Shown piece by piece: positions 31,001 to 36,308 of a DNA stretch of 64,000 bases. The DNA is from a virus: the IMG/VR virus record IMGVR_UViG_3300050343_000182; one strand, written 5' to 3'. The first letter of the stretch is position 1; each line of letters begins with the position of its first letter. The notes beneath the pieces were generated by a model, which searched no databases, was not told where the DNA came from, and was given only the letters and a program-made list of their open reading frames with translations. The position numbers and the translations under genes were made by a program.

Positions 31001-31273
31001 GTTGCTGCTACTGTCTCCAACAGTCAGCAACTCAACTACCAGTGGCAGAAGAAGGAATACGGCACTCAGACCTGGAGTAACATCATCGGTGCTAACCAGT
31101 CAACATTCAATACCAACGATGCTGCTCAGGCAGACGATGGTGATGAATACAGAGTTGCAATTACTGCTGCAGGTGCTACACCTGTTTACTCACTGTCTGC
31201 TATCCTCACGGTCCAGACTGGTGCTACTGTGATTAGTAACTTCACTCCAGATCAAATCTTCGACGACATCTAA
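10055..31273 (+). CDS. g7: giant baseplate wedge initiator gp7 (7072 aa), multi-domain
   Basis: N-terminus ISDRVANQLPEFIREEDQQFVDFLLQYY; position between g6 and g8; GSGY repeats, YHYH-like, beta-propeller-like, LamG-like, CBM-like, phycobiliprotein-like and Ig-like segments. Confidence 0.85.
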   Translation: MPHKNINISDRVANQLPEFIREEDQQFVDFLLQYYKSQEKTGRPYDILNNLLGYLDLDSYTSDELSNDTLLLSDIGLNDKTIRIEAIDGFKATDGSIKIDNEVIYYENVTRGPDAIVTPGVSPAQFDKKKQQLENPFQLFDGTRNKFPLNFLGTPVNPPSVDHLIVVVYNEMLVPGTDYFLEGDEIRFAVAPRERSGADDSAFTEIIYLVGYADQTIVTTDAVPFEEYQSKKEYPLRVNTQPYTPTSAIGLIVKKNNRQLEPYTDYTVYGSEIIFRFPLGGADNIHIRSVEYIAPNFGSGASAVVSVDNFGQVDRLIPKTGGSGYRLDFAPKVVVQHSEGVGATAKTLVSGIKNINLIDGGQGYTSYNPPIALVGAPTGGTLAKVALTVDDVTGQVDSLTIMNSGSGYDFIPAISFANPGGCKIGQPTIDSEGRVNIDSIAVEEFGLNYSNPPIVYLDPAPEGGINAQAISRINQDGQVYEIVITNRGRGYATPPRARIIQPIGAQVLDVTVASGNVTNIEMLTGGNGYTDAPSVYIVDDRKDPYGDPIGGTGATAAATIFNGQITDINITNFGSGYSETEPPKIYIAEPKSARASVAVGFNELTGYEIIERGSGYSPSAFLGCSRGVSGAVGYDNLHNEIYAGEATLRQSTHPAASTVINLDSLFIREVFDKFRRQYLPTIEIDYSSINPIQVIKSITDFYISKGTELSTQYLFKIMFGEQVEIYYPRDEIISPSAATWVVDTVLRAELISGDPGNLIDSQLIQYADPVDLSVKAANALIENVITIIEGKDTIYELAISEETLSGSFIIPYKTTLVEPLTTTGQIITVDSTIGWPERNGTIRINDVETAQYKEKSLNQFIECTRSQNGVVEDWDPGTIVYSDIFVYVNKGTSTECKLRVLGIAEAGTTILEDTGSYYLQGDKLKVAKLGSSSEDERLSSWLYNVKKLIQVNTVTPGGVNNQTATVVCDNPHGLLVSDQVTIYGANPVVFNGTFTVTSRIDTLQFTYQINTPTEIIPEGNILLSVDLNRGKSDINSINSVVSEFTTNIQNSFFNADYVYVASSGLPNYKVGPFTGSALIPGNQRKLLRFPRLVQTISERQDISANTSIGAWVNGVSIWAYKSGDFVRFGPLTGITVSNTGQDYDAGSKPALEITGGGGTGATGEVVVNGSLTSFDVTEQGSGYTESPLVSIVGGGGIGATAQAIVTGGRVTRILVEQPGTGYTSQPSVSVTGGGGTGALAKANVRGPIQSVSITANGSGYTELPSIRVNSGEGALAQPIVINGRIVSIAIINSGSGYTTAPTIIINGDGFGAIARAVIGTIGEDKGRVLSVEITNRGIGYTQGLTTVRLESVGDFAEFTPQVFEWNKNLQYDLATNYDGARGYVFTGRNNQFGGEYAHLSDPKELRYVVGDNVFLNAVTQQFQEVESNYEHSPILGWAYDGNPIYGPYGYIDPTDQNSGIRRLRTSYKLKDNVVYDLATNPNPARVDGPELSSYPAGSFVADYEYDFQSGDLDNYNGRFCKTPQYPDGTYAYFITIDASEAGIAEFPYILGPQFNSLPDPWNFTQGATQENIPQDVVRYRDPYVNVDIDVDRQPNQEADVLTTEIEGYPLIFEIQDSNNDGIIDANEQQEVLEMSEEATLQIYDYFPQVSEESRVDIEVETTTQFEDAQIDGFVIENPGVSYQVNDTIFFDDGDTGGFGASAFIESVKGQSIQSYSKEIIGDRPYGVINTSANHDLRQQDELILNSSPVIDNTNKNFKVKVVSGIERINVTQGGVGYNEDIPPTFELITSAGQDGQLEIVLQNTGQISSVNIINSGNGYDPENPPQIRVSHPQQFKKTRYWLTEYMEADGIINVNDIKVTSQRNTYICGKITETDGDESAFLAKFDDLGQKIWERTLIPTNANQKRAEFLKMVVNAAPENDLIYVTGQTKNPDNDTYNPDIWLGLYESGFNNANDPDGILQWQRAIAGISGSTRRDFVTSIALDQEQRIYLCGYTDTNSVDPDDMWIIQCGIEGDLVEKRKVASQDDSEKMHQIMMISDDRFFFIGVNDQNDDLIFGEFFYDGANLEMDWIKQIPTVGGRVVNPTMVMDDYGAIIVAWDIFNSAASKYDKIQINKFLLSTAQTEWDWSKTVTTAGDFLGMHHAGISYDQWGNYTLVSDVTEAQNQRYSVITYMKYDGTLLHQTKVDDTTNIGFQATTHALDNSGDTILAVNRQQSDQLASWRMGNSANPVEDTTKQQLGTYNYFSQSDITHDAAVYKFDGGSLKFNDVAPITIADLGLTPLEWSGRMWMSMNTTAWNTAHEPTLLHFNDATNTNSITATIKGDNTDPDYQKVILYLNGTQVASSVAATNWDAFAAAAWVHITVQKRQESLGLYRYEVFVGGNQQISYQSTTDVALDDVVICGPVSSPTVANSFRGNIDDFVLDDAAPYSGTSYTVPTSEIAITTSNSDVALIKFDRAHTQRAAYTLTGLSNYSNIAFTDHTIGMTWTSVSPGAISTWLEGPGGLQILDMSQTFSTLIPGTYTLSSAYDQYASKTSTIPSPRGKRLIISADVIPKFYLRDALYQKIDNVQEFTFTQPLKLTQYSILQQFNNVGTTTAFATITEVPAGSLRNPGIGTKYRVGKIFGTFNNTDRFRTTTLGGDINQIEGTYFDTIEEESPWVASTAYAQGDRVYNQKRIYEAQGAGTSGTISPQHNTGVVTDGVINWAFIDDAGKFTLDLTEHPFPRPQYTGLDMPEWLPHRLYAVGQRVWYKLNVYQVAVGGGGVTTPTPPTHTTGDVSDGSVTWSFVETNEAISQYTRLMPYDQGNNYSIEILEVQPGSNFIPNDVVSVNTNNITLAEDEKSVEISGFASVKKIRVTARLEKDILLASSVRTDKVYCTSNSPHFYKEGEIIFAEGFSGAQYNGSFFIDDVIGSREFTFGIRDTAVSDPTFVNNGIANVNIYAKHPTLIFTRNHQYNFELSDPSNFGYYLSFSQDNQYKLEYSFNNTVREGTPGIQGAGASTPFVKFLVLGDVTNISYYFDPSRTGSNSPVGENSYIDVITTPYQGRFRISEIVSDTEFKFPLNREPERNNAEIGSDDQGNEYSYYSTTSTRAVGPINTIKLVSPGGFYKKLPIISDIASFRQIEKVEVIDGGTEYAPGVYYDVPVNGDGEGGKVTVTVLLDDETGSGAISSVAVADPGKGYTVASVDIDAITGILGPTLSGSGGAVSVNIPSEGTGASVFLTGRNIGKIKRLKNNEFGFGYSHDYTLKPEITFPVNLQLFNTSILSEIKITDPGAGYTSTPAVVIDGGGGTGADAVAVIKNNRLNEIIIKNPGAGYSSEPVVTLKSEFNYVVNLDLNYLQFNFPHGITTGAEIQFRSEDVGSTEGILPKPSSAGLTALIAGQVYYAIAGQANSLESDQIRFGLTLQSAQAGDYITFLTQGSGRQVLLTEVFGGKAEAVVATSRFLEGEEVFQGSAIELASATGKVSTNTGWQIGPKILKIVDYDGDWKMGEKVTGSISKASGVIDNMSIARGVLNIGSLTKTPGKFIDNVGKPSEIVQKIQDSFFYQNFSYVIKSEIPITKWKTQILENNHPAGFQLFGQLQLVGGKDVSGRKVGTEFTKEVNINNYSNVNQITSFGAAQPIYTDYNNTEVLFRKKRLTSSEEILTSIVKKLDDISPQFNGIDKQFPITVEGEQVIVQQNQLLITINGVIQAPGVSYTIVGGQIVFGEPPKPASRVNYRSLEITPTVIYRIELYSGQAGPPNFGIFPTLGQQVQGKDSDVVATIIDSGTTHIDVINLVGGSFNLNEEITRGTLFSALVQSVTAINSDTIFQFGESITNLEGDTAIIEETNIDGDGNVTDAIVVSKTSGTAQFETGIFDLRLNEFVYSASSKIAGQITFISPYIDPATQDAVDELIINPGSTFYGLLFERLVSITNPNVIIDNISQSSITPTELYDSSSRINADFLDFEEVRNTEVQYTQLAGGNFSEGDIVINNRANYGNPSSVFHGVATNRFKDASAMILGNKDQIIDFAEAEIAVKHPRFYFPGDIITNSWSRYSDAYRLIQKNKSYIANKAYDEMMTQYTSLTVPDPNKCIRDLELYIDAISIDIFRGGNVYTRKLCAKYFDVDGNFVYVNNESAETRYGFEKAKDMMKLAIVNNLTNSFTVPSGQPNQGITYVPWSEVDHGGYDGNGITADPSPNDPYGTNGANQSNNGTDNCSDVQAAITTLYDVVDETLLNGTLVDLPDESKGTYSPGQIKCRRDIGLMIDALAEDVSQGGNYNIIEFTKKYFDAAGAPIANGLIGEYAESLTAIDKAMHLSFQAINNLLYYQVNSRTSVTGFMLKDPTTYQGSYSGGEDDLQEFDVSAAVYTPSNGQMVLTIGTHSLTTSDTVTIRPHSLKFTCDSDNDASFHDYPRAGDPAFNTPLAISAETGTTITVNVGASPLVQFTPTAATYNPATGDMVLTIGSHSLEINDYVTIANDSLVFTCDMDANGTTHTYPRSTDPASGKRLFIHGADATTITVNVAASPADQQYAHTFVSASANSVSSGGGYTHTFVKGLDNAVFTGGGTTAKYFDPNYYSGRNETIQNCANVQAYIATLVDISTTAIAAQNLNNINALASITDGTFVAGENIRTTKIAYKDRAGGLFIVGDTITGITSGAQFEAIGSNSGLKWIFADAVTGSFQDGEYITNSTTANQNGVSLSVIEKYKRLSGKKSIKFPSTGYLVTKDSYDFSFGNTADFTVQGWFRADNLSTTQHLFDFRRLSATAGLRITLQTSGAITVYNGTSQLLTGGTLLANNWHHVAVVRTTSVLQLYVDGVQVGGNYADTNDYGYAAIYVGADFNAANQFTGYMDNVVVKNGESDFNTGFVPPTQIDYSNQYVKFGLDGEQPFVMDNQETYAIYTGQRISSAAIKELNYDQNFAIIENVDLGRSDHRNCADIIDLNAAWIAEEAVGRMEAAFPDFVIPGNNVAEGSYGGTNKCIRDTKDYIIGALVKDLRDGGNYNSLYTARTYLEASGKLKHVGNEILQTLYAWDQAFVLCKYVITTTDTTLTGTYTNRLRLPNNFATPASQSIQDEFDTLGREVLEVLAPNPDIFRDTGVLVWKNRDYIAEEVAGYILNKYEIDLNGTLTQFLEMPGYGQPYCERDVKQFILPAVIADLCTGGTYNVEAVIDNYLDDQNNILHVEHELNPMLDAFHHAKYLTQKAGNNLLLSPGEVSGDLGIPAWAQDDYHTPLYTSRGAFRDDTIIIDDEGYPQDNVSNWNRYKDATNAIAANIDLIAHEAVETMNDMSKYALFQIKGGPVNCSDDVKDILKALVHDLNYNCNERTWDAANLYVEPENNSLKHIEDDWEATVSVMKIVKDIATITMRNGFGRDYIPGNDPNNVDPSTYEANPKEQIFADCADAIDANIRWIAEQAVKAGQTQYPSLSINGGIYGGQQYTPSDATYIASSGEMVITMAGHGLVTGNRVTVRPDSIGFTCTLDGNNVTNYYPRKGDPAYTTSRLITAHTTDTITINVGASPAGEQYTHTFVNAHEGAVVSNGSIDCVHDVTDILRALVFNLKYDGDNWINWVSEFYTTYSGSLAHVTSLATEVNWILEEAKRLVKRAMRGQIITNVASYSGGVQAFSEAVPKPTTVLRNSLVDEGITLGGDYNNVVTRTFTNGTNNIASGSASATGITNDEDLVCSCVTVLPAGTPSDGVLWELGGNGAGAFIGIRDSGTYLRLRAGNGANSYAGGASTASDNGLALLDVQVSTLSDYFDGGEHEITWEIRVGGTVASGSGRVKLWIDGNLIGEASTPGLNTGLYEAGGLLAGGSTGGFATMSSDSTVPQGEPTASWAYTTGDMSYYRSRLVDPIYTGSESDNVATEVDTLMQLVTDAISNPADVTNRVSILPKIWPIKYTPDIAVRDTGLTYDSSAAEWNQTCAEVASAIDTLLEIYIDTIENAANNNTNQLDSIVRTTRLDAYTNSNYQQGTCEGPQSAIDTLFDIMVDTLGAGLNTDKSIANMLLFNKDAIAQRAFDETVTYYGTTEMTVDFCADILKAVRYDMITGGNAGAFRLVQNWFDGEGNFIAFQDIARTHLIYANTRVREYIKSVLYQLTEDPGWTTYNTYQLGIDGRLDYNREASEFIIDSSINAIEYSLETSKFPTEGSVTWVPSSDAVNINTKYELGYDYNTDPALVTLTPIVPVGFDRAEYRVRINRVNSFRRGDILQYIPASETSVAAFTGQTYWYVMTATAQWFEVGAHYMHDGRFRRIEVNTANTGQQIFSVVRRTGIDRSASLFPADPSQTPIQGGFNPADVIYGTTSESSSEVGSISLNQAEINRLYTRYNLNNVSQNLGVYENFQNGEQITVQSNPAVSGIILQSDRTDNDGLNFVNLTTVAGVINVGDILVGADSGTTAEVTSFDSRMLINVERGSFAQGDWLFDKASATEAYANTYLNKSGSLTGNDGGRITIDVETIGDAWDAGDIIYGSVTDYILEIKGLSGTQIQLNQYIHGTNIYQLELGTAIVDTGISDTFRVGDEVVLLQGTTLKDPGFRATVTEYINGINADPADPNYGIHRLFIGNLIPIGTGEDITALTIGSNNIGKLDLGSNFPSIYANVTSVIDTTYNSYGRVAAIDQQGITATVWLENVKGDFLNNMTVVSDYGWGGVVAKARTLEGRVDRYFRGFDGSQTQFDLTISNGEAYFPDPAGHMLIFVNGILQPPGGNNSYVAFSDKINFSEAPDIGSEFVGYYVGKLRQMDDISFEFDSLRSSFNLRREGLFYSLTLTEGVSSNVIRPENNIIVSLNGIIQEPGVAYEIVGSRIIFAEVPRAGSTFVGFSYIGSDTDVIAATVVPPVEAGDKLEIDGEEFARDVALIESSNSLITFEYTGSVKGRNAAALATIRSGQLNSAILTNSGDGYTSRPNVDVISSSGFDGRIKALMGITRIDVKTPGVSYLQPLVEIDNIVPDDFVNPSGTPVNGGRDIYNADEAIDGDTTTITPGAIAISQDPVNVTVNQGQTASFTVAATVSNSQQLNYQWQKKEYGTQTWSNIIGANQSTFNTNDAAQADDGDEYRVAITAAGATPVYSLSAILTVQTGATVISNFTPDQIFDDI
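22022..28410 (+). repeat. about 7 phycobiliprotein-like (globin-fold) helical repeats inside gp7
   Basis: Recurrent DAxxxIxxNxxxIxxxA, KCxRDx(14-15)GG and CxxVxxAIxTL motifs; C84-like Cys codons at 22268, 22763, 24929, 25415, 25898, 26621. Confidence 0.7.
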
Positions 31274-31276
31274 ATA
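31270..31276 (+). promoter_or_regulatory. T4-type late promoter
   Basis: CTAAATA overlapping the g7 stop, 11 nt before the next ATG. Confidence 0.65.
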
Positions 31277-31287
31277 AAAGTAAAACC

Positions 31288-32880
31288 ATGGGGGCAACTG
31301 CAAGTTATAACGATGCCACTGACATTCTTACAGTAGAGGCGGATGGTCTTCCCTCTCCTGTAGGGTTTGGCACGTTTCCTAATGCCAACAACCCAAACAC
31401 AGTAACGGAGCAAGATTTCGATCATGCTTTTACTTACCGTGGTGGGACCTTTGGTATTAGTCGCACATTCGATACTAACGTTTGGAATCAAGACGGGTTC
31501 CTTAGGTCTATAGTCATATCTGGTAATGATAACTCGTTGTTTAACAATGAGATTCAAGTGGGTGACAGACTTATGGTTACCTTCAGTGATGGTATTAAAA
31601 GAGTATTCCTCTATAAGGGTACTACATTTACATCCATCGAAGACGAATGTTGGTTGGCAACATCAGATAGACTTGACTTTATTATGAGAGACCAAGAGTC
31701 TCTAACTAGCGGCACATATGAGTATTATGATCAGCGAAATGGTCGGAGCGCAACTCCTCTTGGTACTATTGGCATTGCCGCTAATGGCGTTGCTTTGTTT
31801 AACCCTTCTGCTGGTGCTGGTGGAAACCCCCCAGTAGGATTCAGTTGGAATGCCCACTATCCACAGTCTCCTGTAGATTTTGGTGATGATGATTGTGGTG
31901 GACATCCTGAGCAAAGTGGTCAGTATCATTATCACGATACACACTTCTTAGATTGCTGGCGGGAAGGGTCCTCGATGGCAGGATACAATGATTACTATGG
32001 CACTACACAATATAACGGCGATAACCTGAGACATCCTGATGGTCATTCTAAGATCATCGGTATTGCATTTGATGGATTCCCCATTTATGGACCTTATGCT
32101 TATGCATCTCCATGGGACAATCTGACTACTCCCAGAATTATGAAGTCTTCCTACTCAACTAAATCAGTTGAAACGACAGATAGACCTGACTATGGTAACA
32201 CCATCCAAAACCCCCCTGCAGGCGCTCTGGTGGAGGACTGGGAGTATGTAGAGGCAACGGGTGACCTAGACATCCATAATGGTAGATTTTGCATTACTCC
32301 AGAATTCCAGGGTGGCACCTTTGCATATTTCTTATCTGTAGACCCAGACGACATTGATCTCCCTGAGTTTCCATACATGATTGGATCTTCCACTAGGGAG
32401 ACCATCAATACAAACTTTACATTACAAGCACCTGCTGCTCCACCCAGTGGCGGTGGTGGTGATGGTGGACCACCAGTACTTCCAACTCTGGTGTTTACAT
32501 CACAACCTCAGAATGCAACAACAAACCCTGGAGAAACGGCAACGTTTACTGTGCAGGCAGAGATCAGTCCAGAAAACGGACCTATTGCATATCAGTGGTA
32601 TCGCTCCACAGACGGCGGTTTCGCATTCGCTGCTATTACAGGAGCAACTGCAAACTCCTATACACTCAGCACTCTTGCATACATGACGGGATACAGATTC
32701 CGTTGCCGTATCATCGGTCCTTTGGGAGTATCAATTCAAGCAGAAAACTCACCACTTGATTCCAATGCAGCAGTATTGACTGTTACTGGATCTGGCGGTG
32801 GAAGCGGATCTACCGCTAATAGATTCGATAGCACGCAGAGTACTCTCGACTCTACGGCACAAACCTTCGATGGCACCTAA
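31288..32880 (+). CDS. YHYH-domain virion protein with C-terminal Ig-like domain
   Basis: TPLGTIGIAANGVALFNP, GGHPEQSGQYHYHD and HSKIIGIAFDGFPIYGPY; Ig-like FTSQPQNATTNPGETATFTV...YQWY. Confidence 0.85.
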   Translation: MGATASYNDATDILTVEADGLPSPVGFGTFPNANNPNTVTEQDFDHAFTYRGGTFGISRTFDTNVWNQDGFLRSIVISGNDNSLFNNEIQVGDRLMVTFSDGIKRVFLYKGTTFTSIEDECWLATSDRLDFIMRDQESLTSGTYEYYDQRNGRSATPLGTIGIAANGVALFNPSAGAGGNPPVGFSWNAHYPQSPVDFGDDDCGGHPEQSGQYHYHDTHFLDCWREGSSMAGYNDYYGTTQYNGDNLRHPDGHSKIIGIAFDGFPIYGPYAYASPWDNLTTPRIMKSSYSTKSVETTDRPDYGNTIQNPPAGALVEDWEYVEATGDLDIHNGRFCITPEFQGGTFAYFLSVDPDDIDLPEFPYMIGSSTRETINTNFTLQAPAAPPSGGGGDGGPPVLPTLVFTSQPQNATTNPGETATFTVQAEISPENGPIAYQWYRSTDGGFAFAAITGATANSYTLSTLAYMTGYRFRCRIIGPLGVSIQAENSPLDSNAAVLTVTGSGGGSGSTANRFDSTQSTLDSTAQTFDGT

Positions 32881-32883
32881 ATA
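32877..32883 (+). promoter_or_regulatory. T4-type late promoter
   Basis: CTAAATA overlapping the stop, about 22 nt before 32906. Confidence 0.65.
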
Positions 32884-32905
32884 ACACTGTAGAAATCTAC
32901 CCACC

Positions 32906-34390
32906 ATGGCAAAACAGAATCTTAGTATTGGATCGTCAGCAAATGACGGAACAGGTGATAGTCTCAGAGATGGTGCTATCAAACTGAATAGCGTCATTGA
33001 CGAAGTTTATACCGCTCTTGGTAATGACACCAACCTGTTGGTGAATATTGGCAGTCCTACCTCAGGACAATTATTAAAATGGAATGGATCCCAATTTGCT
33101 GAGGGAGATTTTGATACGTTAACTTCTAATTTAGATGTTGGTGGATTCCAAGTCAGCTCAACAAACAATGGCGATGTCGTCATAAAACCTAACGGTAGTG
33201 GTCATATTAAGTTTTGGGCAGGTGGCACTGGAAGTGCTCTGACATATATTGATGGCACAGACGGTAAACTAAAGTATTCAAACCATTTTGCTGAAACCGC
33301 AGATCTTCCTGCTGCAGCAGATCATCATGGTATGTTTGCACATGTCCATGCTGAGAATCATGGATACTTTGCACATGGCGGTGCTTGGGTCCAACTGATT
33401 GATTCTGGATCTAGCGTTGGTGAGTTAACCGATGTTGACATGACAGTTGGTGGTGGTCCCTCCGATGGTCAAGTCCTTAAATGGTCTGCTGCCAATAGCA
33501 ATTGGTATCCAGACAACGATGCCACTGCATCTGGAGGCGGTGGATCTACACAGAATTTATTTGAAGGTTTTAATGCTGATACGGGATCTACTACTGCGAG
33601 TGCTGCTACTGATGTCCTCACTGTATCTGGTGGCACAAATATTTCCACGACCATTGCTGGAGATACATTAACAATTGCAATGACGGGGACGTTAGGTGAT
33701 CCTGATCAAAATCTTTTCTCTGTTATCGGATCTGATTCGGGATCCAAAACGGCTGGCAGTGCTACTACTACTGTTAACTTTGTTGGCGGTACTGGGATCT
33801 CCACTGCTGTGGGTGGTGATAATCTAACAATCACTAATGATTCCCCTAACGTTGATCAAAATATTTTTGCTACGGTAACTGGCGATTCTGGCACTACTAC
33901 TTCCAATTCCACTACTGGATCATTGGCAGTCGTTGGTGGCAACGGCGTAACGACAACTGTTACTGAGAATAACGTCAGCATTGCTGCTGAATTGTTTCTT
34001 GCTAGTGGTCAGTCTCTGTCAGAGAATCAGAGTTTCATTACTAATACAAGTGGTGAAGTTGAAGCGGTTGCAACTCCTGCTGTGGGTTTCGAGATTTCTG
34101 GGACGACAGGTGGTGGATATTCCTTCAACAACAATGGATGGAGTGGAACTGGAAACCCAACCATCTATGTCTATCGTGGTTTCACGTATAGATTTAATAA
34201 CACTACTGGTAGTGGACACCCATTTGCTCTGAGACAGACAAATGCTGGATCTGCTGTAACTGCTGGTGTGAGTGGATCCCAAACTGCAGTCCAATATTGG
34301 ACCGTGCCTATGACCCTTGCAGCAGGCACAACATATGTCTATCAATGCACCATTCACTCTGGAATGGTCGGTAATCTCGTGGTTGTCTAA
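32906..34390 (+). CDS. gp9/gp10-like fibre-connector protein with C-terminal cupredoxin-like domain
   Basis: MAKQNLSIGSSANDGTGDSLRDGAIKLN resembles the T4 gp9/gp10 N-terminus; C-terminus GHPF...YVYQCTIHSGMVG. Confidence 0.7.
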   Translation: MAKQNLSIGSSANDGTGDSLRDGAIKLNSVIDEVYTALGNDTNLLVNIGSPTSGQLLKWNGSQFAEGDFDTLTSNLDVGGFQVSSTNNGDVVIKPNGSGHIKFWAGGTGSALTYIDGTDGKLKYSNHFAETADLPAAADHHGMFAHVHAENHGYFAHGGAWVQLIDSGSSVGELTDVDMTVGGGPSDGQVLKWSAANSNWYPDNDATASGGGGSTQNLFEGFNADTGSTTASAATDVLTVSGGTNISTTIAGDTLTIAMTGTLGDPDQNLFSVIGSDSGSKTAGSATTTVNFVGGTGISTAVGGDNLTITNDSPNVDQNIFATVTGDSGTTTSNSTTGSLAVVGGNGVTTTVTENNVSIAAELFLASGQSLSENQSFITNTSGEVEAVATPAVGFEISGTTGGGYSFNNNGWSGTGNPTIYVYRGFTYRFNNTTGSGHPFALRQTNAGSAVTAGVSGSQTAVQYWTVPMTLAAGTTYVYQCTIHSGMVGNLVVV

Positions 34391-36273
34391 TGACAAGAAC
34401 AGTCCCTGGATCTGGTGCTTCAATTTTCCCTGTATTTAATAGTATATTTGGGGTAAGAGAAGTTTATGTTACTGCGGGAGGTAGTGGGTATGATCCTGCT
34501 GACCCCCCTAGACTTCGTGTTGAAAATTGTGGCACTCCCATCAGGGATGCTGTGCTTAGACCAGTCATTGATGGTGTCAATGGTGAAGTCACTGCTGTAG
34601 AAGTATTGGATCCAGGTGAAGGGTATGATCCCATGCGTCTGGAAATTACTGATGAAAATGCAACTGTCCCTGCTGAAGGAAAGATCTTCCTGAAGGATAA
34701 CGGTGGTATTGACTTCATCCAGATGACTCAGTTTGGTGATGAATACTTTACTGCTGAAGCAGAAGTTAAAGGTGGTGGTGGATCTGGATCCGAGTTGGTG
34801 CCTATTACAGGTCTGGTTACAGGTCTTGCCATTGAAGAGTTTGGTAGAAACTATACCGAAGAAGATGTCAACATTATCATCTCAGGTGGTGGTGGACAAG
34901 GTGCAACTGGCGTTGCGGGTGTCAACCCATTCGGTAAAGTTACTGCAATTACCCTCACCGATTCTGGTGAGTTCTTTGAAGATCCTCCTCTAATTCAAAT
35001 TATTGGTGGTGGTGGATCTGGTGCCAGTGCTGCAGCATTTATTGATCTTGGTGCTATTACCACTATTGATCTCATAGCAGGTGGTGCTGGTTATGTAAAT
35101 CCTCCTCAGGTTATCTTCACAAGAGATACAAACCTGATCAAGACTGCAAGAAACAGACAGTCTCTAAACTCTGTTGTTTACAATTTAGCAGGTATTCTGA
35201 CTGACGTTGGCACTGGTGATGAAACTATTCACGTTGAGTCAACTGCACCTTATCCTGGATCTGGTAAATTCCTTCTCGGTAGAGAAGTTGTCAGATATAC
35301 AGGTAAAACTGCCACATCATTTATTGGGTGTGACAGGGGCACAAACTTTAGATTTGATCAGAAAGTCATTCTTGACACTCTCCAAAATGATATCAATACA
35401 GGAGACACACTTTACGACTTCCAAGTTACGGATAAAGTAAGACGTGTTATTGAATCTGCAAGTAACAGAGTCGCTATTGTTTATGATTGGAATGAGACCG
35501 AGAGAGCATTATATCTGACATTCCAGGTTGATGAGTTGGCATTTATTGATGCTGGTAGATCAGGTGAGAAGTCAAAGATCATTGCATTCTTTGCAGGTAC
35601 TTCTGGATCATCTTCAACTGGTGTCGCACCACATACTTTGGTTGAAGCAGAAGGCAGCGAAATTGTTGCATTTACTACACCTTTGTCAGTCATTCAAAAC
35701 AGAAGGTTTGAAGATGACGATGAGGAGTTTGTTGATGCCGATGGTGTGCAGCAGTTTGGAGATGGCATTCCTGACATTCTGAATGACGGCACAGATTTTG
35801 AAAACCAAGTCAACTTAGATGGGGGCATCGCCTCGTCTAAATATGGTATTGAGGAAGAATTAGGTGGCACCAACACCACGCTCTTCCAGATTGGCGATCA
35901 AATCTATGATGGTAGTCCTAACCAATTGGTTGCTACTATCCAGTCTGCAGGTGCTTTAGGAGATGGTGATGCCCATGTCGCTACTGCAACTATCATAATT
36001 GAGTATATTACTGCTGCTCTTTTTAACGTCCCAAATGCTGGTGGCGAAGAACTTGCAACTGGACAATCATCTGGTGTCGCAGCAACAACTACAAATAGAA
36101 GACTTGGACCTAAAGATGGTCAATTCTATCTAGATGTTAAGTCGATTCAAGATAATGACCCAACATATAAATTTACTGTAGGTGAGACACTGCAAGGAAA
36201 CTCCTCTGGAGCCCAAGCAAAAATCATCGCAGTTGAGTATAACAACTTCCTCAGAAATGAGGGTGAGTATTAA
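34390..36273 (+). CDS. baseplate-associated structural protein with GGSG/GSGY repeats
   Basis: ORF track; repeats of the same type as in gp7; TAATG-coupled. Confidence 0.75.
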   Translation: MTRTVPGSGASIFPVFNSIFGVREVYVTAGGSGYDPADPPRLRVENCGTPIRDAVLRPVIDGVNGEVTAVEVLDPGEGYDPMRLEITDENATVPAEGKIFLKDNGGIDFIQMTQFGDEYFTAEAEVKGGGGSGSELVPITGLVTGLAIEEFGRNYTEEDVNIIISGGGGQGATGVAGVNPFGKVTAITLTDSGEFFEDPPLIQIIGGGGSGASAAAFIDLGAITTIDLIAGGAGYVNPPQVIFTRDTNLIKTARNRQSLNSVVYNLAGILTDVGTGDETIHVESTAPYPGSGKFLLGREVVRYTGKTATSFIGCDRGTNFRFDQKVILDTLQNDINTGDTLYDFQVTDKVRRVIESASNRVAIVYDWNETERALYLTFQVDELAFIDAGRSGEKSKIIAFFAGTSGSSSTGVAPHTLVEAEGSEIVAFTTPLSVIQNRRFEDDDEEFVDADGVQQFGDGIPDILNDGTDFENQVNLDGGIASSKYGIEEELGGTNTTLFQIGDQIYDGSPNQLVATIQSAGALGDGDAHVATATIIIEYITAALFNVPNAGGEELATGQSSGVAATTTNRRLGPKDGQFYLDVKSIQDNDPTYKFTVGETLQGNSSGAQAKIIAVEYNNFLRNEGEY

Positions 36274-36276
36274 CCC

Positions 36277-36284
36277 CATAAATA
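36277..36284 (+). promoter_or_regulatory. T4-type late promoter for g8
   Basis: CATAAATA in the intergenic gap before 36309. Confidence 0.7.
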
Positions 36285-36308
36285 AAACTATAGGATAATT
36301 GGTAACAA

